Of a stretch of 64,000 nucleotides of DNA, positions 52,318 to 61,634 are shown piece by piece. The position numbers and the translations under genes were made by a program. The notes under the pieces were generated by a model. The model worked only from the letters and a program-made list of their open reading frames with translations, searched no databases and was not told where the DNA came from. The stretch's first letter is position 1, and every line of letters begins with the position of its first letter. The stretch is from Candidatus Poribacteria bacterium (lineage in GTDB: Bacteria; Poribacteria; WGA-4E; WGA-3G). Where the stretch lies: contig OZ219753.1 of the NCBI GenBank assembly GCA_964291315.2, positions 3,136,001 through 3,200,000 of the forward strand. Direction: 5' to 3'.

Positions 52318-53037
52318 ATGAAATTATGGATGGTTGCAGCAACCCTGTCTATTCTCTTGGCTTGTGGGTTCCTCGTTTATACAAAATGGGAAAAGCAGCA
52401 TTTTTTAGAAGGTATTCCGAAAAATCCGGGACTCGAAAATCTTCCGAAACATCGAGCTGTCGACTCTACGGAACCCTTTAAGACACAAGAGCTAAAAACT
52501 GAACAGAATACACAACGGCATCCGAGATTAATTTTTGAACATACTGAAGACAGAAACTATCAGATAGAATCCCCGGATGAACATGCCGCCCCAAATTGGG
52601 ATGACAACGAATCCCCCGCTGAACAAAGCCAGGACCCCTGGGGAGACATGATCGACAAGGAGCGGATCAAAGCACGTGGGGCTTATATCGAGGATCCGGA
52701 AAACATGGAACTCGGAGAACTTGTTGAGGCGGAACGTCAACAACTCATTGAGCGATTTGGAGATATTCCTGAAGTGAGTCTTTATACTTCTTTGAAACCA
52801 GGATACTTGGTTGGGAAACTAAATCTTGACGAACTGATAACTTTTCTCAAAGCCCAATATTCACTCTTTCCAAGCGAAAGTACTCGGAAGTCAATTGTCT
52901 TACGCGAATGGGAAAAATCGAGGGATGATAGAGGCGTTAGGCATCAAGATCCAACAGAGGCGGATCTAGAATATCTCAAATCCCAGGGTATTACTGTCAG
53001 AAGGACAAGAAACCGTTTAACGATTACCAGTGAATAA
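52318..53037 (+). CDS. N-anchored exported protein (GDIPE-type family), copy a
   Basis: TM; ELVEAERQQLIERFGDIPEV. Confidence 0.8.
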   Translation: MKLWMVAATLSILLACGFLVYTKWEKQHFLEGIPKNPGLENLPKHRAVDSTEPFKTQELKTEQNTQRHPRLIFEHTEDRNYQIESPDEHAAPNWDDNESPAEQSQDPWGDMIDKERIKARGAYIEDPENMELGELVEAERQQLIERFGDIPEVSLYTSLKPGYLVGKLNLDELITFLKAQYSLFPSESTRKSIVLREWEKSRDDRGVRHQDPTEADLEYLKSQGITVRRTRNRLTITSE

Positions 53038-53166
53038 GAATTAGCGATTGCAAGCATATCGTTTTCGGAAACACTTTTGACAGCGCCACATTCCAGCAGA
53101 TCCAATTCCGCTTTCGGTTTCCGGCGATGACAATAGACAAGGTTGTAAAATTTAAGGACACATTGT

Positions 53167-53430
53167 ATGTTAAGGAAAAAGAACCTGCTTATAATAGGCG
53201 GGGTCTGTTTCCTCATAGGGGCTATTTTCCTTTATCTACACACTTCTTCCCGAAGAGTTAGCGAAGAAGTGAAGCCGCACCTTAAAAAGCTTTATGCCCT
53301 TTCGGGTGAACTGACTCTAGCACAAAAACTGGAATATATCGAGATAATGGCTGCCATTCAGGCCGTTCATAATCAAACGCCCCTCCCGGTGGAAAGATGT
53401 TCTCTCCAGCAAACTCGCTTTCAATTTTGA
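53167..53430 (+). pseudogene. Truncated copy of 57063..57605
   Basis: First 74 aa match, then fused at 53389 to sequence matching 58124 onward. Confidence 0.85.
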
Positions 53431-53455
53431 AAAACCCCATTTCTTAGGAATTAAT

Positions 53456-53484
53456 TTGACAAATCCTACTGCTGAGCGTATGAT
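53456..53484 (+). promoter_or_regulatory. Duplicated tRNA promoter
   Basis: AATTAATTTGACA-17-TATGAT, homologous to 58192-58220. Confidence 0.7.
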
Positions 53485-53558
53485 TAATATTGCGTTTTGC
53501 CAAGAACAGCTCGGCGGTCCTTCCCTAAAGACTGTCTTTTCTTCAAGATACCTCTCAT

Positions 53559-53612
53559 AGGCTTATAGCTCAGGCAATTAGAGCACCCCTGATAAGCGCG
53601 AGGTTTCTGGTC
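53559..53612 (+). pseudogene. Degenerate, 3'-truncated tRNA-Ile(GAT)
   Basis: ggcttatagctcag...ttagagc...cctgataagcgcgaggt; ends in the T-arm. Confidence 0.8.
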
Positions 53613-53671
53613 CACCGTGTGTTTATAGTTCGGCTGATTGTCTTTAACTAACAACAAAGGAGAACACTTTA

Positions 53672-54520
53672 ATGAAGCATTTACGTACACCCTATCGCCT
53701 GTTTATAGGTGCCCTGATTGTCTTTGTCGGCATCTTTGCTTTAAGGACGCTCTACCTCAGGCATGCTGAACGTGAGACGCAAGAAGCGATTAAATTGGCA
53801 CCGCTGCCGACAGGGACTATCCAAACCCCCTCTATAGAAGAAACATCAGAAGGCGGACGTTTCCGAACCGGCGGCGCAGAGCATGCACAACCGGGCGAAA
53901 CGACTCATTTAGATGAGGCAGAGACATCCTCACAAAAGACCATTGTTGAGAATACCACTAGTGTTAAGAAACAGCCCACTCCTCTTGAAATGAAACTGCT
54001 GGAGCGTGGGATTGACATTAGCAAATTACCGCGCGGGCCCAATGGGGAACTTCTTAAAGGAGCAACAGGCGGAATCGCACTCGTTCCCAATCCTGTTGCC
54101 CCTACACAGAAAGACATTGAAAGAGCTAAGAAAGATAGACAGCTCAGGGAATGCCTTGCAGAGATTGAAACGGAACTTCTAAAATTTCCGTCCGATGGCA
54201 CTATAGGCAAGGAACCGTTCCTCAAAGTCCTTGATTTGCAAGAAGAGAAATTCCGTATAGAACGAGAGTTGGGCGTTCAATTGCGAGGTACTGCTGATCC
54301 GATTATAGGGGTAGAAATCGCAAGACATGCGATGAACGTTATGACTGATGAGGGGATCCCCGTCTCTGGTGTCCCTCGTTTCATAGAATTATTTGAAGAA
54401 CTGGGGGCTTTGGAGTTAGCACGTCTGTTTCGGCTTGCTGCGGAGAATGCTGTTCGAAACGGTGAAGGTTTCTTTCATTCTCCGCTAGAAATACAACACG
54501 GAGAATCAGATGAACCTTAG
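53672..54520 (+). CDS. N-anchored exported hypothetical protein
   Basis: AAGGAG RBS; N-terminal TM. Confidence 0.75.
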   Translation: MKHLRTPYRLFIGALIVFVGIFALRTLYLRHAERETQEAIKLAPLPTGTIQTPSIEETSEGGRFRTGGAEHAQPGETTHLDEAETSSQKTIVENTTSVKKQPTPLEMKLLERGIDISKLPRGPNGELLKGATGGIALVPNPVAPTQKDIERAKKDRQLRECLAEIETELLKFPSDGTIGKEPFLKVLDLQEEKFRIERELGVQLRGTADPIIGVEIARHAMNVMTDEGIPVSGVPRFIELFEELGALELARLFRLAAENAVRNGEGFFHSPLEIQHGESDEP

Positions 54521-54621
54521 ATTTTTATTTATATGCCTTTTATTGATGGGCTCTTTTTTTAGTTTTGCCGATAACGAGTCAGGATTCTAGCAAGGCAGCC
54601 TTTTTAAAAGGAGATGACGGT

Positions 54622-56071
54622 ATGACACGATCGAAATACCTTTGGCTATTCTCTCTTTTAATCGTTTTAGCAATAATAGCCTTTTTTCTTTTTCGATTAC
54701 AGGAACCCTCTAAGAACGCTGCCGCCCCATCAAACCTGAAAACGACTGAAAAGAAGGTGCTCGGTAGTTTTGACAGTCAGACCCCAATGCAGACAACGCC
54801 CCTTAGCAACAGCACAGACGCATGGGAGACCTGGATCGAGAAACAAACCGAAGATCTCTTGAAGTTCGCCATTTCAGATTTGTATAAACAGATACCCGCT
54901 GCACAAACGCTTGAACCAGAACAGATTGAGGACATGAAAGCCAGCTTTCGGGCACAAATAGCAGAGCATGCGGCTCGACTGAAAAACGAAAGAACCGATC
55001 CGCCACCAATAAGTCCAACCTTCGAAACAACGTATAGGACCTCCGACTTTGAGAAATACACAGGTGCCCAAACGGTAGCGGCGATCATGGAAAAATATGA
55101 TGAAGGATACACTCGCTTCCATAAGGACACACTCGCGGACACAAAGTATCCAAGAGAGGAATGGCTCGCTATGCTGCTGGATCGCGGGATCACTATAGAG
55201 ACAATTCTGGACTATCAGAGCTACCTGCAGATACGCAAGGACTTAGCTCACTTGGAGAACAATCCGGGTGCCTGGGAATCGTGGGGGCACGGGGCGATCG
55301 CTCCAACGGACGACTGGGAAACCTACAAGTCTGCGTATACGGAACGGAAGATTTGGGAAGCCCAACAAGTTCAGCAAGCCCAGCGAGCAGATCCAAGCGT
55401 TGACGGCGGAATGTTTGGTGGGACGGATCGCAAAACGTTCCTTCCTATAAGGCACGACACCCTTTATGTCAAGCGACGCGGCATGAGATTCTCATTTTCT
55501 GGGGCACCCTTTAGAAATAAGACGCAAGAGTTTAACCTGATATTTCGCAGAGCCTGAGGGGTATGACATCATTTATCTGGATTCAAACGACAATATACTC
55601 AGCGAGCCGCCTCCGCCTATCACGCGGGAAGAGCTGATGAATGCGGGAGGTGCGGTGCTGCCAGAGGCGTGGTGGGAAGGCGACTTCAGCGAACAGTCCC
55701 TGACGGAGTTTCAAAGGGACGTTCCTATGCAAGAGATGCCTGAAACTCGGAGTGTAGAGGCTCCGCGTTTTGCTGCAGATGTCGAGCAAGAGATAAAGGC
55801 TCAGGTAGAGCAAGCACAACAGAGCACGGAGCGTTTATTAGAGAAGCTCACCCAGAGTGATGCTGATTTTCAGGAAGAGTTTAAGAAGCAGTTTCTGCCT
55901 GAGGTATCCGATGAGGGTTTTGAGAATACACTTCGGCGCCGTTTTTCACCGGAGCGTTTCAACGCGGCATTGCAGACGCTAAAACGTTATGGTCCTAAAG
56001 AGGGACTCCGTAAATTGAAAGAGGTTGATCCAGAAGTTGCGATACACTTAGAACGTTTAATCCAACGGTAA
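54622..56071 (+). pseudogene. N-anchored exported protein frameshifted at about 55549
   Basis: ...FNLIFR continues in the +1 frame as EPEGYDIIYLDSNDNILSEPPPPITREEL into ORF 55637..56071. Confidence 0.7.
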
Positions 56072-56085
56072 GGCGGAAAACACAA

Positions 56086-57285
56086 CGAAAGAAACGATTA
56101 GTCATTTTTCGGAAAGAAAGCACTTGCATGGAATGCGATTTCAGTGTTGCCTATTAACATTTGACTCGTGCGGATAGAAGATTTCTATCCGCACGTACCT
56201 GATTGGAGTTTTTATGAAATTATGGATGATTGCAGCAACCCTGTCTATTCTCTTGGCTTGTGGGTTCCTCGTCTATACAAAATGGGAAAAGCAGCATTTT
56301 TTAGAAGGTATTCCGAAAAATCCGGGACTCGAAAATCTTCCGAAACATCGAGCTGTCGACTCTACGGAACCCTTTAAGACGCAAGAGCTAAAAACTGAGC
56401 AGAATACACAACGGCATCCGAGATTAATTTTTGAACAGGCTGAGGACAGAAACTATCAGATAGAATCCCCGGATGAACATGCCGCCCCAAATTGGGATGA
56501 CAACGAATCCCCCGCTGAACAAAGCCAGGACCCCTGGGGAGACATGATCGACAAGGAGCGGATCAAAGCACGTGGGGCTTATATCGAGGATCCGGAAAAC
56601 ATGGAACTCGGAGAACTTGTTGAGGCGGAACGTCAACAACTCATTGAGCGATTTGGAGATATTCCTGAAGTGAGTCTTTATACTTCTTTGAAACCAGGAT
56701 ACTTGGTTGGGAAGCTAAATCTTGACGAACAGATAACTTTTTTCAAAGCCCAATATTCACTCTTTCCAAGCGAAAGTACTCGGAAGACAATTGTCTTAAG
56801 CGAATGGCAAAAATCGAGGGATGATAGAGGCGTTAGGCATCAAGATCCAACAGAGGCGGATCTAGAATATCTCAAATCCCAGGGTATTACTGTCAGAAGG
56901 ACAAAAAACAGTTTAACGATTACCAGTGAATAAGAATTAGCGATTGCAAGCATATCGTTTTCGGAAACACTTTTGACAGCGCCACATTCCAGCAGATCCA
57001 ATTCCGCTTTCGGTTTCCGGCGATGACAATAGACAAGAGTGTAGGATTTAAGGACACATTGTATGTTAAGAAAAAAGAACCTGCTTATAATAGGCGGGGT
57101 CTGTTGCCTCATAGGGGCTATTTTGCTTTATCTACACACTTCTTCCCGAAGAGTTAGCGAAGAAGTGAAGCCGCACCTTAAAAAGCTTTATGCCCTTTCG
57201 GGTGAACTGACTCTAGCACAAAAACTGGAATATATCGAGATAATGGCTGCCATTCAGGCCGTTCATAATCAAACGCCTCTTCCGG
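56086..57285 (+). repeat. Direct repeat R3, copy b
   Basis: Begins inside the 3' end of the small-protein gene. Confidence 0.95.
56214..56933 (+). CDS. N-anchored exported protein (GDIPE-type family), copy b
   Basis: 10 aa differences from 52318..53037. Confidence 0.8.
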   Translation: MKLWMIAATLSILLACGFLVYTKWEKQHFLEGIPKNPGLENLPKHRAVDSTEPFKTQELKTEQNTQRHPRLIFEQAEDRNYQIESPDEHAAPNWDDNESPAEQSQDPWGDMIDKERIKARGAYIEDPENMELGELVEAERQQLIERFGDIPEVSLYTSLKPGYLVGKLNLDEQITFFKAQYSLFPSESTRKTIVLSEWQKSRDDRGVRHQDPTEADLEYLKSQGITVRRTKNSLTITSE

Positions 57286-57605
57286 ATGAGGAAGCTCGTC
57301 GTGTGTTGCAACATGCCTATACGCTCGTTATGTCAAACCCTGAACTTATTAAATTAGGCGGTATGATAGAGGATAAGGCACACGGCAACACCCATGAACA
57401 TAATTTGACCGAGCAAGAAAGGATACAAAAAAGGCTTGATGCATCGGTTGAAGATATCTTAAGCAATCCGATACCAAAACCACAAGGTTTTACGCCGCAG
57501 CGTTTTGAAAAGGCCACGCGAACCTTGGCAGAAAAAGGGATGCGCAGCCTCGAAAAAATAGATCCTGATATGGCGAAGTATCTTAAACAACTCATTACCC
57601 CCTGA
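57063..57605 (+). CDS. N-anchored hypothetical protein
   Basis: TM; C-terminal FTPQRFEKA..TL...GMRSL..IDP motif. Confidence 0.75.
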   Translation: MLRKKNLLIIGGVCCLIGAILLYLHTSSRRVSEEVKPHLKKLYALSGELTLAQKLEYIEIMAAIQAVHNQTPLPDEEARRVLQHAYTLVMSNPELIKLGGMIEDKAHGNTHEHNLTEQERIQKRLDASVEDILSNPIPKPQGFTPQRFEKATRTLAEKGMRSLEKIDPDMAKYLKQLITP

Positions 57606-57720
57606 AAAGAAAGGAAACCGAGCTGCCGAAGAGAGGGAAGGGGATCCGAAATTGGACATTTCACAGCCAGAACCCCTGACCGCACCTCTGGTGGTTGAAG
57701 CATTGGAATGGAGGCATTTT

Positions 57721-58059
57721 ATGAAGAAGATATTTCAAAATACAATCGATTCTCTTCATCTCTTTTTTGAGATGTCTTCGGAATGGAGACGTTTTACGAA
57801 GAAGGAGCCGAAGAAGAAGCCTCGGTTGGAACTCAGTTCTGCTGCGTGGAGTTTGGTAGGCACCCTCGGATATTTATTCGCTCGACTGGTCGATCACTGG
57901 TATCCGTTTCTGATTGCTGGTTTACTTGGTGTTGTGTTTTCTTTATTTGAGGGACCACACCCCCGCCCCAAACCAGCACGCGAGGCCTACGCAGAGTATC
58001 TGGCAAGGCGGCAAGAGCAGAAAAGGCAAAGAGACTCAAGTCGTAACCCGGAAAAATGA
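57721..58059 (+). CDS. Small membrane hypothetical protein
   Basis: GGAGG RBS before ATG 57721; two hydrophobic segments. Confidence 0.6.
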   Translation: MKKIFQNTIDSLHLFFEMSSEWRRFTKKEPKKKPRLELSSAAWSLVGTLGYLFARLVDHWYPFLIAGLLGVVFSLFEGPHPRPKPAREAYAEYLARRQEQKRQRDSSRNPEK

Positions 58060-58191
58060 AGACGCATTTGCAAAGCATCGTAGACATCTTGTCAGAACCG
58101 AGTGCCTTGTTCACACGCCTCATGTGGAAAGATGTTCTCTCCAGCAAACTCGCTTTCAATTTTGGAAAACACTCATTTCTTACAAATTAAT

Positions 58192-58220
58192 TTGACAGTT
58201 CCTCTCTTAGAATGTATAAT
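58192..58220 (+). promoter_or_regulatory. tRNA promoter
   Basis: TTGACA-17-TATAAT; same ACAAATTAATTTGACA...TGTATAATTAA context as the 16S promoter. Confidence 0.85.
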
Positions 58221-58278
58221 TAATATTAGATTTGGCCAAAAAATAGGTGTTCTTTCCCTGAACATCTATATTCCTCAA

Positions 58279-58352
58279 GGGCTTATAGCTCAGACGGTTA
58301 GAGCGCGCGCCTGATAAGCGCGAGGTCCCTGGTTCGATTCCAGGTAAGCCCA
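58279..58352 (+). tRNA. tRNA-Ile(GAT)
   Basis: Acceptor GGGCTTA/TAAGCCC, anticodon loop CTGATAA, GGTTCGATTCC; CCA not fully encoded. Confidence 0.97.
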
Positions 58353-58525
58353 CCTTCCTCCCTATCGCCCCCTTCACAGTCTATCTGCGGAGATTTTAAT
58401 TGAAGAAAAATATCTGGACTGGGTTTTAATACGTGCTACGATGAAGGCTAATCGTTCATACCCGTCCATATTCGGTATTGCTGCAAGCAAGTCTGAAATC
58501 TCTGACCTGTGAGGAGAAACGTTCT

Positions 58526-60052
58526 ATGCTGCTAACGCTCATCCGTCGAGAGCTTCTCGACAACCTCATGACCTTCCGTTTCGCGGCTGCAGTCTTCATT
58601 ACACTGCTGCTGGTGGTTGCCAATACCGTTGTCCTCCTCAAGGACTATGAACAGAGACTCGCCGCTTACAACACCGCCACCACGGAAAGTCGCCAGAGAT
58701 TAGAGAAAGAAAAAGTCTATGCGCGTTACGCTAAAAAACTGGTTGTGCATCGTCCTCCGAACCCTTTGAGCATTTTCAACCTGGGATTAGATAGGCAGGT
58801 GGGTAACAAAATTAATATATACCACGCGTTTGTACCGACAATTTGGGATGCAGAGAAGCACGGTTCGGATAATCCGTTTCTCAACCTCTTCAATTCAATT
58901 GATATTGCCTCTATTTTTCAGGGGACGCTGAGTCTCCTCGCGCTAATTTTCGCTTACGATGCGCTGGCTGGTGAACGTGAACGCGGTACGTTACGCCTTG
59001 TACTGACACACCCGATCCGGCGCGGATACATCCTATTTGCCAAGTACATCAGTGCGATGCTTTGTTTACTGTTGCCGTTGCTGATAAGCCTTCTCCTATC
59101 TGTCATCTTGCTGACGACATCCCCAGCGATTTTTCTGAACACAGGCGAATTTCTTCGGATCGGTGGGATTGTCCTAACGTCATTTCTTTATCTGTCGCTG
59201 TTCTATCTCATCGGCATGGGTATCTCCTTGATGACGCGTCGAAGCGGTACCGCGCTCATGCTTTGCATGTTCGTCTGGGGTCTCTTAGTGCTTGTGTATC
59301 CGAACCTGATTGTTACTGCTGTTGAAATTACCCCGCAACCTGATACGCAACTATCTGTCTATAACCAAATCAGACAGATATGGGAAAAATTGGACAGAGA
59401 AAATAAGCAGTTTCTCCGTAATGATACTGTCCTGGGCCCTCTATCGCGTGGCGGCGAAGATTGGGGGTTTAAACTAGAAGGCGTTGAATATACCTTTCCG
59501 GTGAGTGCGGACAACCCATCAACACTGCTTTACTTTTACCAAACCGGATTCTATGCTGGAAAAGTTAAGGCGGAATCTGAACCATTGGTACCGTACGTAC
59601 AGGACTATTACCGTTACTATAGTAGAGAAGTTGCAGATACCGTGCAGCAAACGTGGCTTGTTCGTAAGCCTGCCTTAGAGACCGCCTACGTCCGCCCTGC
59701 AAACCTCGGGCGAGTACTATTAAAGTTCTCACCCGTTGGGTTGTATGATGCAGCAACGGAGGCTTGGGCAGGCACTGGTTTAGAGGGGATTCAAGACTTT
59801 TTCAGTGCGGTTCGACGTTACCGGCGCGCGGTCCTTGACTATTTCCATGACGAAAAAATATTTGAATCGCGACAATGGTTTGCTGCCGATAGGGGCACAG
59901 CTGATTGGAACGCGCTCCCTCGGTTTTCTTTTCAGCGGAGCAGTATAAACATCAACGCACAGAGAGCTTTGCCAGATTTAACCTTATTGTTTATGATTAA
60001 CCTCATGCTGTTCACTGTCATATTCCTGATTTTCATCAAGAGCGAGGTATAA
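58526..60052 (+). CDS. ABC-2 type permease, subtype A
   Basis: RELLDNLMTFRF; AYDALAGERERGTLRL. Confidence 0.88.
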   Translation: MLLTLIRRELLDNLMTFRFAAAVFITLLLVVANTVVLLKDYEQRLAAYNTATTESRQRLEKEKVYARYAKKLVVHRPPNPLSIFNLGLDRQVGNKINIYHAFVPTIWDAEKHGSDNPFLNLFNSIDIASIFQGTLSLLALIFAYDALAGERERGTLRLVLTHPIRRGYILFAKYISAMLCLLLPLLISLLLSVILLTTSPAIFLNTGEFLRIGGIVLTSFLYLSLFYLIGMGISLMTRRSGTALMLCMFVWGLLVLVYPNLIVTAVEITPQPDTQLSVYNQIRQIWEKLDRENKQFLRNDTVLGPLSRGGEDWGFKLEGVEYTFPVSADNPSTLLYFYQTGFYAGKVKAESEPLVPYVQDYYRYYSREVADTVQQTWLVRKPALETAYVRPANLGRVLLKFSPVGLYDAATEAWAGTGLEGIQDFFSAVRRYRRAVLDYFHDEKIFESRQWFAADRGTADWNALPRFSFQRSSININAQRALPDLTLLFMINLMLFTVIFLIFIKSEV

Positions 60053-60203
60053 GCGTTTTCATCAGCGTGGGGTGTTGCGGTCTCTTTCAGTTATCCGTTT
60101 CCAATGAGGCGACTATGTGGTAGGCAAGCGGTTTTCAACAACCAACATTCTAACTGACGATTGAAACGAACGGAGCAAAAAGAGGGACAACTTGCAACGA
60201 TAA

Positions 60204-61628
60204 ATGTGGCATATTATAAAACGGGAAATCTATGATAATCTCAATAGTCTCCGCTTTGCGCTAACATTTGTATTATTGTTAGCCCTGATGGTAACGAATG
60301 CTGTCGGCTATCTCCGAGAACATCCAAAACGCGTGCAAGAGTACCGGAATGCTGTCACCGAATCTTTGAATCGTTTGAATGTTCATGCTGAAGGCAGTCT
60401 CTATAAACTGGCACAATATGGGCCGGGGAATTTCTACAAGAAGCCCTCTCCACTTCACTTCTGTGCAAACGGAGGTTTCTCCCTTTTACCGGATAGAGTC
60501 GAAGTGGACGAACCACGTGTGTTCGCAACGGATTCGGAAGGTAACTCGACACTCGTCGGACTCTGGCGTTTGCTATATCTAGAGGCCAACCTTCAGAATA
60601 AGAACGTTGGTCCGGACGTTCCACAAGTGGATTGGGCGTTCATCATCGGTTACGTTTTAAGCTTGATAGCCCTTTTGTTTACCTTCGACACCTTTTCTGG
60701 CGAACGCGAGCGCGGGACACTCCGGTTGATGTTGGCAAATCCAGTGCCTCGACACACGCTCCTTATCGGCAAGTTTTTAGGAGCAATGATCAGTATCAGC
60801 ATCCCGTTTACAATTGCGGTAGTGGTAAATCTCTTGTTGATTTCTACTGCTAGTACTGTTCACCTCACGTCAGAGGCATGGGCACGCTTAGGTATTATCT
60901 TCTGTGTTGCGCTTTTGTACACAAGTCTGTTTTTGGTGTTAGGCGTGTTAGTCTCTACGCGTGTGCAACAGAGCTCGGTGAGTCTGATGATACTTCTTTT
61001 GACGTGGATAACCTTTGTTGTCTTTATGCCCAGCACCCTTGCTTCAATTGCAAGTGGTTATTCACCTACCGGGTCCTTTGATGAATTTTGGAAGCGGCGG
61101 AACCCAATTCAAGAGGATTTATGGGATAAATATGACGAGTGGATCTGGTCAGACGAATTGGACGACAAGACGTTGCGCGGGAAAAGTGAGTTCTTCACCA
61201 AAAATGTTGAAAGATCGGAGCGGTGGCACGAAACACGGTTAAAGTATCGGAGTACTCAAGTGCAACGCGCCCGCGCTATCTCTAGTATCTCACCGGCCAC
61301 ACTGCTGAAGCATCTTATTGAAGGGTTTGCCGGAACCGGATTTGAGCGGCATCTGCAATTTGTGGAGAATGTACAACATTACGCCCGGCAATTCCGCGAA
61401 TTCATCGTTGACACCGATAGAGGCGACCCTGAAAGTCTTCATATCATAGGCGTTCGTGAAGGCATGTCACAGAAGCTCATCAATCTAGCAGGAGTTCCGA
61501 GATTTGAAGATAGATTCAATCTCAGTCAGGACTTCAATACTAGAGCAGCGGAATTGCTGCTCTTAGCACTGCTTGTCGTTGTCCTACTCTCCGGGGCATA
61601 TCTTGCATTTGTGCGCGCGGAGGTGTGA
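60204..61628 (+). CDS. ABC-2 type permease, subtype B
   Basis: MWHIIKREIYDNLNSLRF; FDTFSGERERGTLRL. Confidence 0.88.
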   Translation: MWHIIKREIYDNLNSLRFALTFVLLLALMVTNAVGYLREHPKRVQEYRNAVTESLNRLNVHAEGSLYKLAQYGPGNFYKKPSPLHFCANGGFSLLPDRVEVDEPRVFATDSEGNSTLVGLWRLLYLEANLQNKNVGPDVPQVDWAFIIGYVLSLIALLFTFDTFSGERERGTLRLMLANPVPRHTLLIGKFLGAMISISIPFTIAVVVNLLLISTASTVHLTSEAWARLGIIFCVALLYTSLFLVLGVLVSTRVQQSSVSLMILLLTWITFVVFMPSTLASIASGYSPTGSFDEFWKRRNPIQEDLWDKYDEWIWSDELDDKTLRGKSEFFTKNVERSERWHETRLKYRSTQVQRARAISSISPATLLKHLIEGFAGTGFERHLQFVENVQHYARQFREFIVDTDRGDPESLHIIGVREGMSQKLINLAGVPRFEDRFNLSQDFNTRAAELLLLALLVVVLLSGAYLAFVRAEV

Positions 61629-61634
61629 GCCAAA

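Larger units (their letters stand above)
52190..53389 (+). repeat. Direct repeat R3, copy a
   Basis: About 1.2 kb nearly identical to 56086-57285. Confidence 0.95.

Noticed and set aside
55555-55557. Selenocysteine or stop read-through at TGA
   Set aside because: The continuation is in a different frame, so it is a frameshift.
52190-57285. Diversity-generating retroelement TR/VR pair
   Set aside because: The repeat spans whole genes, there is no reverse transcriptase in the window, and the differences are not confined to adenines of one copy.
53389-58352. Classical tRNA-integrated island or prophage
   Set aside because: No integrase or phage genes, and the duplicated part is promoter plus tRNA 5' portion rather than the 3' end.
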